From: Yuukianura sp. NJ FZ-2021
Lineage: Eukaryota
Reading direction: 5' to 3'
NCBI GenBank assembly: GCA_046563655.1
Contig: CM102288.1
Location: forward strand, 2,790,001 to 2,854,000
Length of the DNA: 64,000 nucleotides
Each line of letters starts with the position of its first letter. Within the stretch, counting starts at the first letter, position 1. Made by a program: the position numbers and the translations under genes. Of the stretch, positions 1 through 11,500 are shown one piece after another. The notes beneath the pieces were generated by a model. The model had not been told where the DNA came from, ran no database searches, and saw only the letters and a program-made list of their open reading frames with translations.

Positions 1-418
1 CCGAAGATGACCATTGATCTTTAGTTTTCTACTTTTTCTTAGAAAATTTTGAATTTTTTTTTGCAAAACAAACTTTTCGAAATGTTTGAAGTGAAAAATA
101 AAATGAAGCGTAGTGGGCGGAGTGGATTGACAGAAACAAAGGGATTAGTTTTTTTTCATATTCATTTGACTTTCCACTCACGTCGGAACAAAAGAATAAC
201 AAATCTTCTGGCTGAATGCTAGGAGCTTTTAGTTCCTACTAGTAGAAAAACGCGTACTAATTCAAAAACAAAAAACGTTTTGGACAGAAAATCGAAACGT
301 GCAAAATGCTAAATGCACCAAAATAACAAAAAGTGCTGAGAAGAGGATTTAGAGCATAAAGGTAAACAACCGCAAAGCATTTTCCTTGTAAAGTTTCAAT
401 TTTCCGCCAAAAAACTAA

Positions 419-456
419 CGATCCATGACGCTTTCACGCTTTCGTACATCGGCCAT
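419..456 (-). other. Possible alternative first coding exon (MADVRKRESVMD) of an unidentified gene continuing left of the window
   Basis: AAAATGG start context, short open frame, then a GTTAGT donor-like site. No recognisable domain. Confidence 0.25.
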
Positions 457-532
457 TTTGAATTTCCAAGGGATTTCAAACTGAAACTTCGGATATAAAA
501 AAAAGAAATTATTTGAAATAAAAATAATTATA

Positions 533-1148
533 CAGTGCTGGAAAAAATTACATGAACAAGAATATTTAAGAATATTTTTGAACATAATTTTACTAATTGT
601 TAAGCTAAAGTTAGCCAAAGAATTATACACTCCTCCACGTACAAATTACAAGACATCCATCAAAACGAAGTAATATTAATGCTATGATTGGTACATCCAA
701 AATTTTGTAGCCTAGTATTTGGTTCAGAAACGTTATTAGCCAAAATTTCACTAAATTCGGTGAAAGCATTTCTCCACAAAATTATAAGACATCCCATTTT
801 TGTACAAATTGAATACACAATTAAAAATTAATTGCACGTGTAATTCCCGGTATTTTTTTTCAAAATCGCATCAAAGGCTTAGAAAAAGGCTGGACAATCT
901 AAAGGTACAATGAGCAATTGTAATTTTCAATTGCGTACTGAATTTGTGCAAAAATGTGAATTAACTATGTGAAGAAAGCTTTCTCCAAATGGTTTTCACC
1001 GAATTTAGTGAAATTTTGGCTAAAAACGTTTTTGAGCCAAAACTTTGCTACAAAAATTTTGTCCACTATGTGCCAATCCTAGCATTAATATTCCTTCGTT
1101 TTGAGGCTCATAAAAATATGCTTGTCGTTATAATTTTTTCCTGCACTG
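533..1148. mobile_element. Tc1/mariner-type MITE (long imperfect foldback)
   Basis: Starts TA|CAGTGCTGGAAAAAATTA (531-550) and ends TAATTTTTTCCTGCACTG|TA (1131-1150). Internal arms ~660-770 and ~990-1105 are reverse complements, as are ~795-840 and ~908-955. No coding capacity. Confidence 0.8.
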
Positions 1149-3568
1149 TATTTCAGTTTGTTTCAGAAACTAAATCAACGGAATGGTGTTGGAAAATAAT
1201 TTTAAAAAAATCTTGGAATTCTTCGAAGACTTTCTCCGGTTCAGAAAATTTCGGTTAAAGAAAAGATTTTTTCTTCTGCCTTTCACCAAAAAAAAAACCT
1301 CCAAACCAATTGATTCTCAATTTGTTACTCTGAATTTGACCACCGGAATTTCGAAAAACCGAAAAAGCAGCGAATGAACCAGAAGTGACGACGCAAGAAT
1401 TCAAGTGAGATTCGAATTCCCTTGCTTTCTCCGTTCTATTTTTTTTTCAATTTCCTCTCTCCTGCCTGGCTGTCTCTGGTGTACTATTTCCTGCCACTTT
1501 CGCTACAGTGCTAGAAAGTGGTTTTCCGGAGCAAACGAATTGTTTTCCAAAATCAAACTAATCAACCTAATGCTTCCTGAATTCCTTCTCGTTCTCCTTT
1601 GAGTGAGAGGGGATATTAAACACTTTCACCACACAACTCTTCAGTACTACTGCCCAACATCTTTCAAGCGCTCCACTTTCACAAAGACAAACATCCCATT
1701 ACTCCTCCAGCATCCTCCAGTTGCTCCAAAATCCACATAAAATAACCATAGCGATGGCACACACAAGAGCTTATGCTCTTGACCTCAACAAATCCTTCGC
1801 CAGACACCGAATTTCCTACTGCCCGCATGGACTCATGCCTCCGGGAACTGTATAATTAAGGCCATTGTCCACTACCAGGCATGTCCATCCAGAATCTTCC
1901 AGGAATTTTTCAGCAGTCCACAAATACCATTCAGAGATGGAGGAGAAAGCTAAGCTGTGTCATGGACTGAACTGAGGACATAGTCGCATTTACATCTTTG
2001 GAAGGGAAAAAGTCATAAGGAGAACGAGGAGTTAAGATGATGGAAAAACGGCGTCTCTGGGGGAATTCATTTCAAAAACCTATAAAGATTTAGTTGGAAT
2101 TTTTGGACACAGTGTTCGGACTTTCTCTCCTGCTGTCTCCTTGTCCAACGCTAACGTTATCCTGTATACTAACATTCTACCCTGGTAAAAGTACACAAAA
2201 ATACAATGTGACCAACCAACTTCTACCAGGACATTCACCGTGTCCAGCTCCCATTTAGGTGTAACTTCATACCATTGTTACCGTGAAGAGAAAGTCAGCG
2301 ATGAAATTTAGCGGAAATGCTGCATGCCTGGTGTGGCACTAAGGTTTAATATCGCTGCATGAGTAGAAAGCAATTTCTGATGTCATTGAAGGGAGTAACT
2401 AGGGTTTTTGCCGTAAAAATGCTTCTTCCTTCTTCCCTTCACTGTGTTATACTATGATGACTTTCACCCTAATCTCATCCATTACATTAGAAACTAACTC
2501 CATCATCTCCACCTAATGCTTTTCCACCACACACCTAACCTAGTCGTACCGAAATCCTATACAAGCCAGACTCTGCTATCCAATTCAACCGAAAGTCGTA
2601 ACATCCATCCAATCAAACGCGAGTTCTACTTTGTTCAAAAATTGATGTTTTCAAAAATTCAAAACTTTCTCCGCCCAAAATGTTTACTCATTTACGCCAA
2701 ACAGAATCTCAAAGGCTTAATTATCGTTTCACTGAGGTGAAAACAGAATAAACGTTAGGTTTACTAGCGTAAAACAAGATAAATGAAAGGAACTCACTGT
2801 GGCATGTTTTCCCTCCAAGCAGGTTTTGTCCGCAACTTTTAAGTCCGAATGCCCTTGCTGCTCCAGCTTAAAAACAACTTTCACTTTGAGCTTATTCTGC
2901 CGTATCATTAGAGAAAACATATCCAATCCCCTGGTTCCTTTGTAGTAAGAACTTGAAAAACGGAAAAAGAAGAAACGACTAATCTCCAACTTTTAAATCC
3001 CCAAGTTCCAAAAGTTCCACACAAAATGAGAACGAAGTTTTGGCAAGCATGCCGCCGCAAGTCAGTTCTTATAGGGGAGAGAAAAATTACCCGGGGTTTT
3101 TCCGAAAAAGAAGAAAGCATCTGGGGAGAAAGCGGAAGATGGGTTTCCTTCCGGTAACATTATGTTTTCCCATCCAATGCGGGTTTAATTAGGCGGAAAA
3201 TTATGTCGCCTCCCCATAACTTGTACGTAGAAACGAGCCACTTTCTCCTCCCCTACTTAACTTACGGCATGAAATAGAACATTTGTTGCTTTCACACACT
3301 CCTTCCCTTTAAGGCTCCACATCTTCCGTACCTAAACGTAAGGTGTTACTTAGGAATATGACTCGGGACGTTGATGAGATGAAAAGATTCACGCGATAAA
3401 GATTTGTGATGGAATTTTCACCCATCGAATGAATCTACCCGCATCCGTTTGATGCAAACCAGTTGTCACCCGTAGCAACAAAACCAACAATTGACTCTCT
3501 AATAGCCAAGGCAGTGAACTAATTACGTTAACAAGCAAAAGCTAATAGTTAATCAAGTCACAGCTTAC

Positions 3569-3601
3569 CTTTGGTGGAGAGGAGAAATGATGATCCGCCA
3601 T
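3569..3601 (-). other. Probable first coding exon (MADHHFSSPPK) of an unidentified minus-strand gene divergent from SH3BP5
   Basis: ATG GCG GAT CAT CAT TTC TCC TCT CCA CCA AAG followed by a consensus AG|GTAAGC donor. Lies downstream of the promoter-like region at ~4250-4310. Confidence 0.45.
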
Positions 3602-4248
3602 TGGAGAATGAATCGTCGTAGGGCCAACTGAAGACGTAGAGCTCCTGTAGCCTCCGTCTCCACCAGACTGAAGTTTTCGTCGTTGAGGATGAGATGATGA
3701 TGATTAGTTTTCACTAGTTAAAGTACTGATCTCCAAAAACGTTCCAGTTTGTTCAAAATTTCGAAATTTTTAAACAAAAAACGACAAAAAGCGACCCCCC
3801 GGATGAGCTGCTTCTTCCCTCTTTTCTTTGTTCTTCTTCCGGTCTGTGTCGGCCACAAGCAGTTGGAACCGGTTCTTCCGCAAATAGTCGCTCCTCGAGA
3901 CTACGATCCGCGTTCCGCAAAAATCGCTTTGTAAACGATTCTCGCAAAGGCCGGGACAACATTTTTAAACACGTAATCAATGCAAATTGTGACCGATTGT
4001 AAAAAGAAACACTGTAATTGTTTACACCACAATATTCAGTACCACACAATTCAATACTAATGGGTAAACACGTAACAAAATAGTGTAGCCACTCTTGGTT
4101 ATGAAAATGACGACGATGGTTACACTTTACGATTGCACCGAACGTATTTTCAACGTTTCTCAAACGCAGCACTATCACGAGCGACACCATGATACGATGC
4201 CGGGTTTCTACTTGGAGAAACTGGTATAGACTGATTACGTTGACCTTG

Positions 4249-4310
4249 AACATGGCGGCAGCCATCACGTGATGACGGATCCATTAATCTGATTGGCTGC
4301 CGGGTAACGC
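4249..4310. promoter_or_regulatory. Likely bidirectional promoter cluster (YY1/Pho-like site, CACGTG E-box, CCAAT box)
   Basis: AACATGGCGGC (~4250-4259), TCACGTGA (4265-4272) and GATTGG (4291-4296) lie between two divergent transcription units. A DRE palindrome TATCGATA is at 4667-4674. Confidence 0.45.
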
Positions 4311-5222
4311 TACTTCACACCTTGAACCAAAGAAACTTTTTCTTTAAGATGAAGACAAGAAGGCCATCTATGTTTATGTTTACATCTGGTACTTCTCAGG
4401 AATTTGTGACGTCTCTTTCTTACACTTTCTCTCACTTCATATCAATTAGCGAAAATTCATAAATTATATCCGTGTAAATCACTTATTTCATCAATTAGAT
4501 TAGTTCCGTTATTTTAATCTCAAAGCGAAGCCTGCAATCAAAATTAAGAATTCGGTGATCTTGGTCCACGTCCAACAGGTACTTTATTCTTATTGTATCC
4601 CTTACAGATGATTTGAGATTTGCATGTGCTTGTGTGTTAATCATCTGGGCTCTAGTTTAGAAAATGTATCGATAGATTAGATTAATTTAGTAATGACGTA
4701 AGATTTTAATTTCATTTACTTGGCTTTACAGTTTTTCCGGACTCGAGTACGCTGCGCTGCTGGACCGAACTAAAGGATGGATTATATTGAGAATTATTGA
4801 TGGCAGTACGGAATATTGGATTCTAGTTTCTTTGACGAAAGGTTTCTTTCAATAATCAACTGATTTATTTGGCTTCTGATCATTTTTTCCTTTGCTCGTT
4901 GTTGGGACTATAAATCTATTCTTCTAATGGTCCGACAGAAACTTATGTCTTTGTTCAATGGACGACGCCATCGCCATCTTCGATCTTCCGTTCGACGACA
5001 AAACCCTACCGATAATCCCACATCGAATCTGAGAGCTTAATCCAATTTGACATCAATCATCCGGTGTGACTGAAGGAACAGAATTAGAAGAACCGTGACA
5101 TTGTAGCCGGACTCAGTAACCAGAATCCCGTGCTTCCTATACCGCCAAACGTTCCTCAGCTGCTCAATTTAACTTAAACCGTCCAAACTTAAGCCGTCAG
5201 TCATCCACCACATAAACCAATT

Positions 5223-8102
5223 ATGGACTTTGACTTTGATGAAGAGGACTTGGATCCCAGGATTTCGGTAATGCATTAATCCATCCGATGCGATTATGAG
5301 TTACAGTTTCTAATTATTCTGTCACTGTGATCAGAGAACTTTAGGAGATGAAGATGACGGGGTTGCTTCGTCGTGATTTCCACGGTTTTCCTTGTATTAT
5401 TTAGTCAGAAAAGCAACCCCCGTCTGTCTTCTCTTTTGCGGGTAAAGTGTGTGAAGGGTGGATGTGGGCGGATCGATGCCCTTTAGTAAGTGCTGTGCTA
5501 GCCATCTACACAACTAAACCAAACAGTTCAGGGTCACATTTATAATAGTGTATTGAGCGATTTTTCCCATCAGCAAGTCCGTGGACCCCTTCGGAGATGA
5601 TGATTTTGTCAAATTGCAATAGATTCAGAAGAGAACGAAGCGAGCGTATGTCATTCTTCGTTCTCCAAGCGAAAAGGCTCTCTCTGTCTCTCTAACTCAG
5701 CACAGCTTGAGGGCTATTGGATTACAGGCGCTACCGAAAAACACATCATCATCACTCGCTCTGGAGAATCTTTTGGAGCGCTCCAGCGTTCTTTCCACCC
5801 CTTTTTCCTGGATACCGAATTCCATTTTCTGGAGAAAGGGAAAGAGAGAAGACCCGTTTTTCTAAAACTCCGGAAATCTGCATGGGATCCAATAACACAC
5901 ACATAACAACAACGCATCGGAGCATCCAGCAACCGACAGAGGACAAATAAATACATGAACAGGAAGGATTCTGTCCATTCCTGATCGTCATGTTGTATAA
6001 CGTTAGACAAGTCAACAAACCGTGTAATCTAATACCTTACCGTACATCTCTGTCCAAAAAAAAATCCCATTCTTGGAATCGAAATTGATACTTTTTTGTT
6101 TATAACAGCAGCAGAAGAAGGTGTGTTTCGTTGCAGATCCAGTATGGAATCAAATTTAAATTGAGACTCCTGATCTCAACTTAAATTAGATTTGAACTTG
6201 GCATTGTCAAGACCTCGGAGAACTGATCGCTGAAAATCTGTTCCTGTACCTTGGGCAGTAAGTTGCCTAAGGTTCAACCGAACATGTTTCCAGCCATTTT
6301 TTTTCCTTCTCTAAAACTGAACCGTGTGCTTAAAAGACGCTGAGGCTGTCAAGAAGAATCGTAGAGATGCTTATCACCCGTTTCCACCTTCCTGTTTTAC
6401 AAAGGACTTCGTTTCTTTGTTGACAGTCTGAGTGAGAACAAATAAGAACACGGCGGGACTGTGCTGGAGCACGGTTTCTTGCGTCTGCCAGTCTGCGTCT
6501 TTCGGTAAATCAATCGATAGAAGAATAGAAATCAGAACCTCGTTAAAAGTTACTTTTCTTCTCTTTTGATTTTTCTTCTACGCAGTCTTCGACACGGCTC
6601 AGTTTTTTTTGGTGCAAAATTTCGACCCATGGATTTTTTGGTGCGCACAAAAAGTAGCAATTCAGAATGACGATGAGAGCTGAGTCGTCCATGTTTGCTC
6701 GTTTGTCATTTGACACTCTGTAAATAATCTGTTGGGAAAAGGAATTGTTCAAGGTGTCTTCAGAATTGATTCTATTGTGGCACTTTTCCCCACAATTCTA
6801 GAGTTTCATGAAGATTTTTGTGAAAAACTGAAACTAAAATGTTAAAAATGTGACACACAGTGAATGAAATGACAAGCACCGTGTAACTTTTGTCTTTTTT
6901 GTTATTTTTCAGGGGGAACTTGAGAACTTGAATTCTGGAACGAATGAAATTAATTCCTTGGAACAAGAGCTTGAAGTAAGAAAGAAAAAAAGTTCTGTAG
7001 AAGCCACTTTCAACATTTTTCATTAGTTAATCATTCCTAATTTTTTAATTACGATTTTAGTTTCTCTGAAAAAGTTTCCTACTTCATTTTCATTAATTTT
7101 CATTTGATTTGATTTTTTTAGCGAGCCAATACCACATTTCGTCTTCTTCTAACACGCCAAGGGGCAGAGCTTGAATGTCTTGGAAAAAAGATTGGAACGG
7201 CGATAGATCGTGCACGACCGTTCTACGTTGCTCTTGCTGCTGCTCAACACTGTCATCGTTCCTGCCTTCGTGCTGCAGCTCAATTTCAACGTGCTAATGG
7301 TAAGGCAGAGCCCACAGATTGATTGGAGCGTGATTTTGATCCTTCGTTCCCGGCTGTATGGATTTCAATTGGCTCAATTCTGGTCGACAGGTATTCATGG
7401 CCAGGCGAAAGCTTTGGTAAAGCAAGCGGAGATGCGGAATCCAAAGGCACTCGACTCTGCTTGGCAAGAAGTACTCAATCATGCTACGATGAAAGTAAAA
7501 ACCAGTAAACCATAAACGATTCTGCTGGAAGCGTCTAAAGCGCTAATAGAATTTTGATTTCTAATTTCCTGATTTGTGACTCATTCTAGGTAATGGAAGC
7601 GGAGGAGATGAAAAAAAGTTCAGAATCGAATCATAGGCTGTTGGCTGAAGAGTTTACGCGAGCTGAACGAAGAGTACAAGAGCTGGAACGGCGTCTCAGC
7701 AAAGAGATTGAAAAGTCAAGACCTTATTTTGAGCTCAAGGACCAACTAAATGCTGATTTGGACTGTGTCAAGACTGAAATTGAGAATTTACAAGAGGGGA
7801 TTGCAGAAGCGAAGCGGCGTTATGCAAGGAGTCTCAAGAGACTTGAGTCCATCAGTGAAGAAATCCACACGAGACGAAATGCGTCGTCACTCTCACGGGC
7901 TCACGTTAGAAGTGATGTTAGTGAATCCTCACTTTCTTCGTACTCGACTGGCAGCAGCGGTGGTGAAAGCAGCCAAAGCGGAGGTTCCAGTGTCGTATGT
8001 GGAACTGATCGGCTAGAAGATTCTTTGCCTCAAGGGCTCACGGATGAGACTTACGCTGTGACCAGTTCATCTCATGACAATAATGTTGATAATACTTTGT
8101 AA
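5223..8102 (+). CDS. SH3BP5: SH3 domain-binding protein 5 (Sab/parcas family Rab11 GEF)
   Basis: Exons ~5223-5267 (MDFDFDEEDLDPRIS), 6913-6975 (GELENLNSGTNEINSLEQELE), 7122-7299 (…KKIGTAIDRARPFY…AAAQFQRAN), 7391-7494 (…DSAWQEVLNHATMK), 7590-8102 (…IEKSRPYFELK…YARSLKRLESISEEIHTRR). These carry the family signature motifs, with in-phase GT-AG introns. 5' UTR exons are likely at ~4330-4578, 4731-4841 and from 4940. Confidence 0.92.
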
Positions 8103-8585
8103 ACAATGACAATCGAGAAACTCAATTTTTAAAACTTTTTATGATCTTGTGACCTTCATAGTAAAAACGCGCCTTACCGGGAGTGTTTATTTTAAATTTT
8201 AACAAAAGTGCCCGCCATTTCTGTTTTGTTTTCACAGGCATCTGGGGATCACGGTGGCTCTGTTTTTTGACCTTCGTTTGATATTTTTTGGAGATTCTTT
8301 TATTATTTTTTTGAGATTCTTAAAAAAACGTTTGGTTAATAATTGCACATTGTCAAAACCTAAACTGATTTTTTTAGTTAACTGTGATACTTTTGGCAGT
8401 GTGATGAACCGTTTGATGTTCTCATAGGATAGTTGGGAGATTTTGCAAACCTAATTAACGGTAACGTTAACACTAGCATTAAAGTTAACTTTTTAGTAAA
8501 GTTAACAGTATGGGAGGAGGGGTAGGGGGATGACTTTCGTTTTTTTTTTGTGTAAAAAGTCCAATTTTTTCAAAATTTCAAAATT

Positions 8586-11500
8586 TTACATTCGATCTTG
8601 GTATCCATTCCTGTGGAGCGGTTGACCTTCGGGGCTTGAGTTTGGTCGTCGTCTCTTGAAGAATCCACACTGTTTGAAAAAGTTAAAAGTTAATGTCAGG
8701 TGAACGTTAAGGTATGTTAGGTCAAAGGTCAAAGGTCAACTTACCATGGCTAGAAGGTAGATGAGAAGTAGAAGAAAGAGAATGCCAACGATGGCGGCTA
8801 TGAGGTAAACCCACCAGGGGATAGGAGAGGGCACGGTGAGGTCAATTTCTTCCTCGACCGTGGTCAGCAGTGACATTTCCTTGGGCTGGATAATATCTGG
8901 ACTCACGTTGTTCGGTAACTGGGTCACTTGAGTCGTCAATTTTGAAATCAGTTCTACACTTTCGCCAGAAAATTTCTAAAAACGGAAAAAAAAACGAAAG
9001 TTCAAAAAAAGTGAAAGTAAGTGAAAGCGAGTCGCGTCAGGATTTGATCCACTAGCAGAGTTTACCTTGAACGCACGGTAATAGTTACTAAACGAATTTT
9101 TTCGCGCCATTTTTTTCGAGTGTAAAGGATTTTGGAATTTGGAAGTTTTTTAAAATGTTGAGATTTAGAATCCAATTTCGGTACGTGGGGGAAGTAATCC
9201 TTTCCAACCTGATTTACAACAATGACAGTCTCGGTGTCTCCGTAATTCTTGGCTGCGTTGAGCTGTTCGGAATTAAATGGGCTGGAACGGGGTTTGGCGA
9301 GCGCTGGTAGCAGCGTAGAAGCGATTTTGTGTCACTAAAGCAATGCCCAAAGGAGGTCGCTTACCTTCTGAAGCGTATCGGCATACACTCTCCCACGCAA
9401 GAAAAATGTGACACCTCCATCGCTGCTAAGGGGGCCAATTTTACAGCGAATTCTTGTGCACATGGCGTTGCCACAAGGCACGACGTCGTCACTCGGAGAC
9501 CTCCGATGTCGCTCCAGCAAATTTTCCTGTTTTGAAATATTTCAAAATTTAAAATTTTCAAATTTTGAAAATAACCGAAAACTGTATCGAAGAAAATTAT
9601 ACAGAAGCTGTAGAAATGTACGGGTTGGATTAGTTGTCGAACTGTAGATAGAACTGAACTAATTGTACAAGTTCGAAGTTTGTTTTAAGGGCTGTTTAAC
9701 ATGACCAACAATTTTGAATTAAAAAAAAATGAAATTTCAATTTTGAAAAAGTTACCTCAGAATCGTTGTCAAATGAAATATGAATATCGTCTGATTCACC
9801 ACCGCGGCGGCGTCCATTGGTCGTTCCATGGCTTCTGCCGTTTGTTGTGGACGTGGTTTCCCGGTGATAGTGAGTTTCAGTTCTGGAGCCACCACTGTAC
9901 GAGCCACCTTGGGTGGCACCGCCGCCATTGTACGAGCCACCATGAGTGGCCCCACCTCCACCGCCTCTTCCGTAGGTCGTCGTGTAAGTTCGGTCTTCCC
10001 GAGCTGCATTCGGAACGTAGTAGGAGCGACCGTTCCCACTGCCGGCCGTTCGTTCGTCTACGAATGTTGTAGAATGACTTTGACCTTGTCTGACCCCGCC
10101 AGTGTAACCTCGTTCACCGTACCTCGGAACATAAGCAGCCCCACCACCACCGCTGCCACGGAGACTTGTTTCTTCTGAGACAAAATCACCACCGTCAAAT
10201 CCACTTGTACTTCCACGGTTATTTTCAAAAATGCTGCCCCCGCCGCGGCCATAGTCAAAATCACTTCCGCGGCTGGAATCAAAACTGCCCGTTCCCGAAG
10301 TACTACTGATTCTGCGTGTTGTATTCAAACTGCTCGTGGTTGTTGTCGTACGTCCACCGCCACCTTGCGTTCTTCCTGAAGTTATTGTTGTGGAGCCACT
10401 CTGGTGACCCCCAGCTCCATCCCAGCCCGTTCCAGCACCACTACCGCTGCTGCTAAAATGGTCTTCCGAACCAATCCGAGTACTTCCGGCTCCACTACCG
10501 CCGATTGTCGTAGTTCTACGAGTTTCGAAACTTGAATTTTTGAATGTCTGGGTATAAGTTCCTCCGTCGGTGACAAATTCCGAGCTGGACGAAAAGTTGC
10601 GACGACGTCCTTCGCCATCTTGAATGTTCGTGTCTGTAGACTGTACAATGTACTTGGTTTTGCTGTCTCGACTGATCTTGATTCCAAGTGGGTTGACAGT
10701 GTTAATGGGTTCACAGGTCCCTGGACCATCAATTGTCGGCTCCTCAAGGAGATACAGGAAGTGGTCCCCTGGGACAAATAAGGTTCAAAATTTCCAAAAT
10801 TTAGTGTCATGCAAAAATAGTGCCGAAAATATTAAAATTTTGACGCTGTACTGCGAAAGTTCCAACACGACCCCAGTCCCTCTTGTTCTCACAGCAGTTT
10901 GTCTCGCAGCAGTTTGTTGTGTATCACTTTACGATTTTGAACTTTTTTTTTTCGTTTTTCCTTTCTAATTTTTTTTTTTTTTTTGAAAAAAAAATCCAAT
11001 TCAGTATTTTATGTTTTAGTGTTATGCTTTCCAATCAAAAATCGGTTCGTAGTGGTTTGAAAGTGGCGCGATAAATAAAAATAGTGGTGTCATAAAACGG
11101 ACTATCGGCTCTTCATAAATTTGAAAAGCAATCGGTTTTCATTTACGATTTTCAAATGAAATAGCCACCCTAACTTTCCGCTTGCTTCGTTTTCTCTTTT
11201 CGTCCGCGACTGGAAAGTGCTAGGAGAAATTACCGCCGAAAAGTTTACGCGGACATGTTTTTTTAGTTTTTTCTTACCATCAGCGGTAAAACTTGGCCAC
11301 AAAATGACAACACTAGCCTCTTCGATGCTGCTTGGACCGAGGCATTTGACATCATAGGCGTGGATTACTTCTGGACCAATGAAGGATTCGTTGACCTTGA
11401 CCTTCCCCTGGTACGTACTCACGTTGTAGGAAACTAGTTGTGGCTTGGAGGATCCAAATATTTTCAGTTCCGTTTTTACTATGATAGGCATACTGATTGT

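Noticed and set aside
3753..4268. 171-aa minus-strand ORF
   Set aside because: No recognisable domain, overlaps the promoter/5' UTR region, and has a composition typical of a chance ORF.
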